This document shows positions 47,538 through 59,725 of a stretch of 64,000 nt of DNA, in pieces. The number at the start of each line of letters is the position of its first letter. Position 1 is the first letter of the stretch. The position numbers and the translations under genes are program-made. The stretch covers positions 3,162,001 to 3,226,000 of the forward strand of contig NW_026782196.1 in NCBI RefSeq assembly GCF_031769215.1, given 5' to 3'. Source of the stretch: Ylistrum balloti (Eukaryota). The notes below the pieces were generated by a model. It was not told the origin of the DNA. It saw nothing but the letters and a program-made list of their open reading frames with translations, and made no database searches.

Positions 47538-47647
47538 TATGTAATGCCACTACAGATGTCTCACTGCTGTCTCATTCTAGTAAAAATTACATGTTTCTTT
47601 TAGAAGGGACGTGAAGAACACGCCAGTCTGTCTTAAATCATAGTTCA

Positions 47648-50600
47648 ATGTGTATGGCTGCGCTAAAGAGTTTCAAGACAAAGAGAGACAACTCTAAGCA
47701 AAAACATTTAACTGCCCGCGAGAAAGCAGTTAAAATTAGTAATGGGATGGTCAGTTTTATAAAATTAGAAGTGTATTTTCAATCAAAAGTATATGTTGAT
47801 GGAATCTGATCTCTAAAGCTGATTCAGTAGAATGCATTACACCAATTCGGCGTCATTCACTACACAAGTACATGACATAAAAATTAAATTGCATGATAAA
47901 GATAGCTTACTTTGAAATGTCTTAGGCGTATGGAAATCTGATTGCAGTTTAACGCAGTATAGAATAATTGCACATTTCCTAATATGGAAGGCGGGAACCC
48001 ATCGCAATATATAAAAACTTAAGTGAAATGAAAATAACTACTATGTAAACATGTTATCAATTAGGAAAGCGCAAGACAAGTATCTAGTTAGGCTGATATA
48101 AGGATTTATGGATATAAGGATGATGAAATACTATATCTTGCAATTTTTTATTACATATGGTGAAGGTACAAGAAATAGAACAACCACATTCTCCACTGGA
48201 GAACTTTTTTGTACAAGTGAATCGGGGTATTTATTTTCGTGTCAATTATATCTATTTTACTACACCAACAAAAAATATAATCAGTACTTGAATGAAATTC
48301 CTGTGTTTTTCAAGGTATACATGTCGACAAAGGTGAGTCGCTTTTCGAAGAAGTTGGTTTTTAGTTTTAACATATTTTATTCTCAAGAAAAATACAAGTA
48401 GTATAATTGTTTATGAATTAAACCTTCCGATGGTCTTTATAAATCTGTTTTGTAAATTCAAGCATGCCTGATAATAGACTATCTGAGTTAATTCCATTGT
48501 CTATATTCAAACCTTGAGACATCTCTGACCTCTGGTGTCGATAATTAGGACATTCAAAGAAGAAATGATAGGCGTTTTCACATGGAGAGCCGCAGATACA
48601 GACAGGGTTATCACTAATGTGAACTCTAAATATATCAGTGTACCTAGATTACATGTTTATTTATAGTTGTTAATTGGTATGTATATAGACGTTCATAAAT
48701 ATATATAAAAAAATCATTTCAGTTTTATAGTTTTGATGCTTTACGGCAAAAACCGAAAAACATACCTTTGAATAAACCGCTCTCACATCAAATCGAGGCT
48801 CTATTTGCTCGTGACGTCACAAGGGTAGCATTTGGGACGACCCGCCATGCCAGGTAACTTTCGCGTGTAGACTGTCGAAAATATGTGAAACAGACGTTTG
48901 GTTGTTTAATCTTCATACTTCTCGTCCTGTATTTATATCCTACCATATTTGTGCGTATCAAGTGATATTTATTTTTATTCAAAACGTGCGAAATTCGAAG
49001 TATTAGCTTAACTATGGAAGCGACTCCGACCAACAAACGTTCACGTGGGAAGAGATGTGTAGCGTATGGATGTGGAAACACCACTTTAGACGGTGTTTCA
49101 CTTCATTTTTTCCCATTAGACAGACCGGAAATATGCAAAGTTTGGACTGCATTTGTGCGGAGGAAAAGGGATTTGTGGGACGGGCCAACAAAACATTCAG
49201 TTTTGTGTTCGGAACATTTCGGTGAGGACTGCTACCCGATGCAGTACAGATTTCTTCAATCAATGGGACGTACACCACCGAAAAAGAAAACGCTAATAAA
49301 AGATGCTGTGCCAACGATCAACAAAGGCTGCACCAACGTAGAGGAAACGCCTGTCAAAAGACCACGGACTGCTTTCGCAAAAAGAGAGAACAGAAGGGTA
49401 ATTATTACATAATACATGAAGATCTAGGGCCTATGTATATCATATAAGTTATAGTAGTATCTGAGTAGAAAAGGTAATGAGTAATGCAGCCTTCCTTAGT
49501 GGACAATACTCCTATTTAGCATTTAATAAACCTTTTCCCAGTAAATGTTTCAGTGTATGCGAGGTATCTTCAGTTTTAACTTAAATGTACGTATTAAACA
49601 GCTACACTGTGACTACATGTACATTATTTGTATGATAAATTTGATTTTTTTTTATAGATAGTCGAGCAATGTTTGAAAGAGAGTTCCACGGTATCCACAG
49701 ACACTCAGGTGGAGGAAGATCCTGATGTTTCAGCCAGTGATGAGGTTATGGAATTGCCAGAGGAACATGTACAGACAAGAAATGACCATGATTATTTCTC
49801 CTGCAATTTCAAGGTACTAAAAATGATACTCATAAGGCCAAAAAAATTATATGCGAGTTTACTGTCACCATACCGACCCTAAACTTTTAATTCAGGTTTT
49901 CACACATGCACTGTAAAAGTCAAGGTTGTTGCTCTTATAAAAGTTATGTATAAAACCAGATTTACAGTTATTGCCCTTTATAGTTTTTCTTTGTCCGCAC
50001 CATATTTACAACACTGTTTTACATATATGTAGGAACTCCAAACTTTATGTACAGAATGTTCCATATGTCACAGCAAACTACATGTTTCAAACAACATAAA
50101 TAGTGAAATGGTCTCTGATCTTGTGTGTCAAACATCGCCATGGGCATCTGTTGGGCTCTTGTAAGGTTGGTCAAGGAACATACTTTTTTTCCCACCTTAC
50201 ATATACATAGGTTATGGAGGTTCAACTGTTAATGTACATCATAACTACCGTGTACAAGAAAAGTTTCTATTACAGGAAACACCATCAAAGACAAAAACCT
50301 GTGGCACGCAGCTCTCCCTGAAACCACCCAAGAGGAAAACGGTCAGGATACAAGTGGCCCCCAATGCAGTGGAGAAAGGTAAATTGTAACCTGCTTATGC
50401 ATGTCAATAGGGTCTGTAAGTCTCGTCATGTGACCTGCAAGATTGTGACATTTTGAAAAGTCATAACTGTATGAAAAAATAGAGTATTACCAGTTGGTAC
50501 AATACAGCTGTAAACTGTTTTAAGTACTTGTCCTAATTACAACATTTTAAAATTACTATTCCATTCATTTATTATTTGAATAAATCACAAGACATTTTTA

Positions 50601-53600
50601 CTTGCATTAATGCATTGTGATTTTGTTTTATCTTATAGGATGTCAAACTCGTGCTCCAAGACCAAAGGTGAGACATGCAGAAGTTCAATGTAATCTTCTA
50701 AAGCCAGTGGTGGAGAAAGATGAAGAAACCAACTTGGAAAGTGATAGTGAGTACGAAGATCATCTAGACCTTTTCAAGACCAACAGTAAAGATCTAGACG
50801 ACTCCTATCATCCGGATTCTGGTCCAGACGACTCGGACACAGAGTTAGATATGGAAGAAAATGAGTATGTGTTGTAACATGTCTGACATTTTGCAGAGAA
50901 AAATAATTTATTTTGATACTTTCTGGCTTGTGTTTCGGGACTTTGATATGGCATGCTTTCTCAGTCATATCAATCCATTGTGTGCTAAAACATCATTGCA
51001 TTGCCTTTTTGGATGGCACTTTGATCTAACGGTGTTGTCCCAAGATGGAATAGAACCCTAACCTCAGTCTTGCTTATATCATTTCTCTATAATAATATCA
51101 TGTCATAGTGCCCTCATTCATATTATGGCAATTATGTATGTAGAATGTCATGAACATTTATGTATTGCAGAGATGTGCTACACAGTGGACAGAGCAGAGA
51201 CAGACTCCTCATAATTGAAGAAAGCAAACTGCTTGAACTTTTTGATAAATGTAGACACTGTTTATCACCATGCCAAGGAGAAGTGACACGAATGATCGGT
51301 ACCATGTGTTGTGTGCATCAAGAATGTGACATGTGTGGTAGGACCTTTAAATGGAGAAGCCAGTCAATGGTGGGATCCCTTCCAAGAGGAAATGTCCAGC
51401 TGTCTGCCAGCATTTTATTTTCTGGATCGTTGCCCTCAAAGACTCTAAGAATTTTTAACTTTATGGACATCCCGGTAATATGCCATGACACGTTTTTCAA
51501 GCATCAGCGACATTATTTACAGCCTACAATTCTAAGGATGTGGACAGAAAAACAAGTGCAATATTTTGCAGAAATGTGCAAAAGTGACAATGACATTTGT
51601 ATAGGAGGAGATGGTCGATGCGATACCCCCGGACACTGTGCTAAGTTTTGCAGTTATTCACTGATGGATTTGGACAGAGGGACAGTCGTAGATATACAGT
51701 TAGTTCAGGTTGGTATTTCTAATCGTAAAAATTTAAAAAAAAAAAAAAAAAAAATCCACTCATTATATATTCCACAATTTCTGAGACCAGGCTTAACCAC
51801 TGGACGACTGTGGCCCCCGTTAATTTTATGTAAATTTATATGTAGAAACTGCTGATAGAAAATGTGGTCATGAATACATACAGAAACAATTTCAATATAT
51901 ATATATATATATATCTACAATCTACATGTACTTTCCAGAACATGAGTTATGTTAATTTTGGTACATTGTGTAATGTTAAGATTTTGATCAATTTCAGAGC
52001 AATGAAGTCAAACATAGTGTCAACATGGAAAAGGAAGGGTTAATACGGAGCGTGGACAATCTAAAACGCCATGGGATCAACATAGATACCCTAGTCACCG
52101 ACCGACATGTCCAGATCAGAAAGTGGGTGAGGGAGAACATGACAGAGACCAATCACTGCGTTGATGTATGGCATGTTGCAAAAGGTATTGCATTTTCTTT
52201 AAGTGTTTGTGTTTAGCATAAACAAAACAAGAAGCCCAATCAGTATTAACAGTCACCGTAGTAAATAGTTTGATTTCAGTTTGTTTTGTTTTGCTAAGGG
52301 CTTTACTTCAGATACTTTGTAGACCATGTCCTAAGGACTAAATAAATATCAAATGGAATTAAATGTATGAACACACAACTCAATTTAAAGTATAGAATAA
52401 TTTTTTATGTTAAAATATAATAGGTTTTGTATTAAAATGCATATGAAATATTCTTTAGGTTTGAAGAAGAAGTTGTTGGCACTGTCAAAAGAAAGAGATT
52501 GTGGTGAACTTGAAAGCTGGATAAAAAGTTTAACCAATCACTTATACTGGGTTCCTGCATCAACGCCCTCAGCAGATGGCGCTTTGATGTACCAGAAGTG
52601 GGTTTCTGTAGTAAACCATGTCCAAAATATTCATGATGGTCATGGTGATCTGTTTCCTTGCTGTCTGCATGATGACTTGAGAACACAGGAAAGGAAGAAG
52701 AAATGGATAAAACCAGGTATTTTTCCTGTTATGGCATTGACTCAATTATTGTGTATCCTACCTTTAACTTGCTTACTTATTCATTTGGTTCGAAATTGGT
52801 GACGTATCAATAATTCAAATCATAACTAAATTACGAATGACATTTATCACTTGCTTAAAAACATTTTAAGTGCCTAATTTCTTTAGCAATGACATTTTTC
52901 ACCTGAATGAAAAGCACATCCAGGAAAATGGTATCTTTAGTTTCTTGTTCTTAGCATGGAATTAATATTCGTGTTCTAAATTCCTTATGATCCCATATTA
53001 TATTTTTACTTCATCATTTGAAATCCTCACTTTCACTTTTCAGAGAGTAAAGTAATGGAGAAGCTAGAACTGATGTTGACATCACCACAAATGAAAAAGG
53101 ACATTCCCATGCTATCAACACATCACCAAACTTCAGAACTAGAAGGGTACCACTCAACAGTTAACCAGTTTGCCCCTAAAATGCATGGCTTTTCATTCAA
53201 TGGAATGTTGTGCAGGTATATGATCACATGATTCTCATAAGACTATTATTTCTTTAGACATCAATTTGTACAGACAAGTTGATCGTATATGTATATCTGT
53301 CTCAAGATCTAACATCATCAACAGGTTTTGGAAATATCATTATTCACTAGTAGTCTACCTGTCTCAAAACTCCTGTGGTGAATATTGCAATGTTAAAAGA
53401 GATTTAGTGTTGTAGCTAGATGTAAGATATGTTAAAATGAGTATGTAAAAGATTTAGGCAGCCAGTCTTAATTCTTAAGATATTGATGATACTTAATCAG
53501 GAAAGTTTAAATATTGTTGCATCTCTTTGAATAGGGTGATTCTAGCTGCACTTCACCACAATGAAAATGTGAGAAGAGAACAAGCCATGACATCTGCTGG

Positions 53601-56600
53601 GGAGAAAATGTTTAAGATAATCTACCCTAAACAGAAGAAAGGTGGATACACTGTCAGAAAAGTCAAAACAAAACAAACATTTGGTAAGTATTATGTTGCA
53701 TATGAAGACGAGTTCAATATTTTAGGTTAGGTTCAGTATTCTATATATTGCAGTACATGATTCTTCAATTAACAACTTGCATTTTAGTTGCAGGAAAATA
53801 TGTCCATGTATACAAAACATTTAAAGTCTTTACTAGCAATAATGTCAGATTTTGTGTAATAGTGATTGGAAAAAATAATATAACCAGTGTACTTGTATAT
53901 GTACTTTTTATCTTACAGACTATGTACATGAACTGATGGCAGAAGTGCTACAAGTGGCAGAAAAAAGTACGATGCAAGTGGAGGATATGCTACTTAAAGA
54001 CCAACCCCCACCACTCTGTAGTGATTTTGTCAGACCTGTAAAAATGGAAGCTGTCGCATTGATGGAATCAAGATTTAACTTGAACATTTAAAATACATAC
54101 ATGTACATGAATTTTCATCTTTTTTTTATATGGTCTGCAAGTCTGTTTTACTTTACTTCTGTGTACCAACTGACGTTTTAGGTAGTAGTCTTATAGAAGA
54201 AAAGTATTTTCAATTTCGACAAAATGCACATTTCCCAAGGAGTTTTTAAAAACGTACCTACTGGTAATCCTCCGTTTTCATAGTTATGATTGTTCAAGTT
54301 AAGTGGTATGTTCTAGTAGGTCACATGACGAGACTTACAGATCCTATTACAGTTTCAAGTGTATATATGAATAAAAAACAACAATCAGATATCAATTATA
54401 ATTTTATTGTTTCATGTCATTCTTTCAATGTTTTCAACACATATTTTTAATGCACAAAATTAAAACCTTTAAAATTTCCATTTGGTGCAGGAAATGTTTC
54501 TCTAATAATCTTCACAGCACACGCAGGTAATGGCACTCTTATGCTTTTTCCCAAGTACCCCCAACACCATCTCACAAATTGTCTGTATGCTGTATAGCGG
54601 TATCTCCTGATAAAACAAGAACAATATATTCTGTAATCATTGTTAATGCCAAGTTTGCCATTAATCTGCGGAGGATGCAAGCACTAGTGAATTATGGTAA
54701 ACACAAGTAACTCTACAATACATATGTGTAACAATTCCAAACCAGATTTTCAGAAATGTTGACTTATTATTGAAAATCTATTTTATCTTGTCTGGTTATT
54801 GGTTCTTTTGCAGTATTTTAGACCTGTAACTTGATAGACAAGTTTGTAACATCATTTTTAAAATATCTTCTTAACAAATGAATTATTTTATTATGTTTCA
54901 AGTTTTATAATAATAAATTTGATGCTGTAGATAAACATCATAACTTACTCAGGGCATTCTGGTATCTCTCCATGAAGTTGTCTGTACTGGAAATAAGATG
55001 TTCTCAGCACATAAATATCCAAACAGACTGGCCCAAATCCAGGATGGTCTGTTATGCACTGTATCCCTGGTATGTCGTCTTTTGTGTTCAGTACACTGTG
55101 TATCTCACTACAGCACCTGCACTCCTCAATGGTAGGCATAAGACTGCAGTTACCGCAAAGACACCTGTAACATATAAAATTTTCTGTGTTTTATACATAA
55201 TTCACTAGTATGTTGGTGTGAAAATACCTTTAAAATGTCTTGTTAGAAGTTTTCTATTCAACACTTTATAGTACATACCAGTACCATTTGACATAGCAAA
55301 AGAATACACTTTGTTTCCAGGAAATGTTCTCCTTTGTAAAAAGAAATGCTATGCACATTAATTTATGTAACACAAAATATTTAGGGGTGGGTATTATGTA
55401 AAAGTCAAATAATTGTAAATGCAAAAAAAAGGCATTGGCTGTTATTATCTCGACAAAGTCGGACTTGTGAGGTTGAGCAAGTGGAGAAAAAATCCTGAAA
55501 ATCCGCATTTGTTAACATGCACGATGCATTTTGAAAAGGGAAAATTCCTGGAAAAAAAATAATCATACGTGAAAGCTAACATCTCTGAACATACCAGTCT
55601 AAGGATCCCAGGCGATCAGCATTATCATCGCTACGTGTAGACGACGCAGGTGAAGATGGACTGCTTTCACCATCTACCTCGGGTTCAAATTGGTATGGTT
55701 GAATACCAGCTTGTCTCTCTATAACCTCCGTGTCGTAATCAGAAGATTCAAAGCTTAAATTCAGGCTGCATTCTTCCGAATTGTTTGAGTCTTCGAACCA
55801 CTCGCACTCGCTGTTATCACTGTCCGACATTATCATTTCTTAGACCAAGCGCTACCCTTGTGACGTCACGGGATTTTCCGGTCTGTTAACCGGAAGTTGG
55901 GAAGTGTGTTAATTAGCCTCCATCGACAGGTGCAAACCGGTTCCGAACGGTGAATTTAACGACAAATATCTCAAAAACTAAGCGACAAATTTTGACCGGG
56001 TTTCCGATTTTTTTAATAAGAAAGGAAACATAATTAATATTAATTAATACTATACCGTAATCTAGGTACACTAGGTGAATTACAGTTATACCGTATTTTT
56101 TGTTATGAATAATGTTTAGTTTGCGCTCAACATATCCAGTGTAACTGGGGGAAAATATCTTTTGATTTCGTGAAATGGAGTTTTTAAATTTTCTGCAAGT
56201 TGTTGACGATCTAGCAGCAGCATCAAGTTTAATCCAAGAACAAAGAGCAGCAAGAAGAAAGGATGAATTAATAGAGGAAAGTCAGAAATTTGGTAAGATA
56301 AAATCGTTGGCATTTCTTAATTATTATTCTGGGAAATAGTAGAGACACCTAACAGATAAGGAAATTGAGAATGAAACATTATTCAGGGAAATAGTAGAGA
56401 CACCTAACAGATAAGGAAAGTTGGAATGAAACATTATTCTGGGAAACAGTAGAGACACCTAACAGATAAGGAAAGTGAGAATGAAACATTATTCAGGGAA
56501 ATAGTAGAGACACCTAACAGATCAGGAAAGCTGGAATGAAACATTATTCTGGGAAATAGTAGAGACACCTAACAGATAAGGAAAGTGAGAATGAAACATT

Positions 56601-59365
56601 ATTCAGGGAAATAGTAGACACCTAACAGATAAGGAAATACAAAAGATACAGGGGAAAATACATATAAAAAAAGATTTGTGAACTTGCAACAAATTTTCTT
56701 TATAACTAATGAACTGGCCGTGGTATAGCGGTAAAGTGATTTATACATATATATGTATATTGGTAAGTAACTTCAAAATCAATAATCAATATCAAAAGAC
56801 CTGTAGTGGAATTCATTCGTGCATTCATTTTACAGGAAACTCTTTTAGGAAACAATATAAATTACCAATGGAAGATTTCATAAATACTTGTACCTGGATG
56901 ACGTGACTTCATGGGAACGTACGAACATACTACTTTGATATAATCACTTATTCAGAGTAGGGTCCCTTTCCACACGGAAAATACAAGCGTTACACCGTTT
57001 CACTGTTCCAAGCATTCAGCTGGTCAGCAGTTAATGACATCCCGTCCCTAGTAAGTTAACTTTCTCAAAAACACTCCTTCCATTTATAAAAAAATAGTTC
57101 CACTTCCCCGTCCGTGCAAGAATGGTCCCGTCGTTAAATTAGAACTGGCACATGTTCACTAATGCATGTCAACGAGGAGTATGGAAGTAAAGTTGTACAT
57201 ACTATTATCATTCTAAAAAGTGTTAAATATATTAAACACTGACAGTGTACGGACTACAACAGACATTGTGTAATAATATCAAAGTATTCGTGTCATTCCT
57301 AGTAAAAAGATACAGTTTAAGTAGTAACACACGATGCGGTTTTAATCGGTAAAAGTGTTAATAAGTTGACATTAAATCAGTTATTAGTTCAGTGTACAAA
57401 ACGAAAACAAATATTAACTGGAAAAGTCTAGAAAATATGTACTTCGCCAGCTAAACAGACATATGGTGATTATACAAAAACAAATATTTCTTGTCGGTAT
57501 ATGAAATATACCTGTTTAAACCGACAGTCTTTATAGTTAACTTATCCTCCAGACATGACAAGAATATCTTTACTTATCCGGATATAATAGACCGGTTGTG
57601 GTAAAACAAAAACATTGTGATTCAAGGTTTCCAAATAAGGTGGAGACTTTCTACAAAGACAGATTATGAAAAAAGACATTTTCAGGTCAAGACAAAATCA
57701 CTGTTTAATTTCCCGTTGAATATGTCAGAAGATATGAAAACAGTATATCATAGCGTACATATTTTATGCATCTGTATGAAACTGAAAACCCCTTCAATTC
57801 GACAATCTTTGAAAAGCGAATATTATTTGCCAGTTCAAAACAAAGTAGTAATAAAACATAATATACAAAGTTATGTAAATGTAAACGACGAAACCTGTCT
57901 ACACTGAATAGCAGTAAAAAACGGATTTCATATATATATATATATATATATGTACATGCAAAAGATGAGACACTTTGTACATTAGTACAATAAGATTAAA
58001 CCTGTCTTCAACAGACAACTGTGACTCTGACTTCACTGAAAACCTCTGAAATACGGTTATCAACCGAACCAGACACAATGTATGGAAACAAAATACTGNN
58101 NNNNNNNNNNNNNNNNNNNNNNNNNNNNNNNNNNNNNNNNNNNNNNNNNNNNNNNNNNNNNNNNNNNNNNNNNNNNNNNNNNNNNNNNNNNNNNNNNNNN
58201 NNNNNNNNNNNNNNNNNNNNNNNNNNNNNNNNNNNGTGTGATGAAACCTGACTACACTGACAACCTGTGCTAAACGGCTTTCAACCGAATTATCTGGAAA
58301 CAAAATGTATTGTAATATACCATGCACAGTGATATTTATATATATATGATGATGGTGAAACCTGACTTCACCGACAACCTGTACTAAACGGCTTTCAACC
58401 GAATTATCTGGAAACAGAATGTATTGTTCAATAGAGTAACCTTATGGTTTAAGCTAACCAAGCTTGGTGTCAGAGATAAATTTTTGACGACCAATAAATC
58501 CCTTTATTCATTAGTTACGTCATGTGTTTTAGTTAATGGAAAACGTTCATTTTTTTTTCACTAATAATGTCGGATTGATGCAAGGGGAAATTTTCATCCC
58601 CCTTTACTTTTTTCATTGTTCATTAATGATTTTGAAAACGAGTTTATTGAAAATGGTGCAACATGTTATGATTTTGGGGAATTGAGATTATTTTTATTAT
58701 TATATGCAGATGACTTGGTTTTATTCTCGGAAACAGTCGAAGGTTTGAAAAGTCTTTTGGACAATTTATGCAATTACTCAAAAAATGAAAATTATCAGTT
58801 AATACCAATAAAACAAAAATTGTTGTTTTCAGAAATGGTGGGCGTATTAAGGAATCAGAATACTGGAGGTATGATGGTAACCTCATTTCGGTAGTTGATC
58901 AGTTTTGTTACTTAGGATTTTTGCTAAGGTTTGATAACAAATATGGTAGTATGGTAAAACATTTAGCTGACCAAGGTCGTAAAGCACTTTTTGCTTTGCG
59001 TTTCAGTTTTATTTAACCAAATATTTACCAAAACAGCGCAGAATTGTTATCTCTAAACTTCGTTTATCAGCTCATAACCTAGCTACAGAAACTGGTAGAT
59101 ATAGAAATACTGATGGGAATAATAGACTTTGTAATAATTGTGACCTATTAGAAGTAGAAGATGAATTCCATTTTCTTTTTACCTGTTCCATACATTCCGA
59201 TCTTAGGAGAAAATACATTAAACAATACTACTGGTATCAGCCATCTGTTTTCAAAGTTATAGAATTATTGAACACACATAATTTGAAAGATTTGAATTTA
59301 CTGGGCAAATACATTATTGAAGCGAACAAACGTAGAAGTATTTTTTTTCTTATGTTTTTTGTTGT

Positions 59366-59437
<72 letters not shown>

Positions 59438-59658
59438 CGATGTTATTATTATGATGATGTAGATGTAGTTGGGTTGTCGGTACGTCTCATCATCAGGTAT
59501 TAATGTAAATTATGGTAACAATGAGAATATATATAACTGATTGTTTGTGTCTAAATAGTGGGTATGATGTAGTTCCCGTGTTTTTACTATGTATTATATA
59601 TATTATCATGTGTGTTATTATATGTTACCGAAAAGTTGTATAACTTAAGGAAATAAAC

Positions 59659-59725
<67 letters not shown>

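Larger units (their letters stand above)
48637..56072 (+). mobile_element. Kolobok-superfamily DNA transposon, apparently full-length (7436 bp)
   Basis: Perfect 16-bp TIR AGTGTACCTAGATTAC (48637-48652 and 56057-56072) with RR...YY ends; convergent transposase and KolX genes; no TTAA TSD. Confidence 0.85.

Noticed and set aside
48637-56072. KolobokP-type long terminal direct repeats
   Set aside because: The left terminal few hundred bases do not recur in direct orientation at the right end, and the second gene is KolX-like rather than a His-Me nuclease.
57899-58327. ORFs spanning the N run
   Set aside because: They are artefacts of the assembly gap.
59268-59462. Poly-Asp ORF
   Set aside because: It is a LINE remnant running into (GAT)n.
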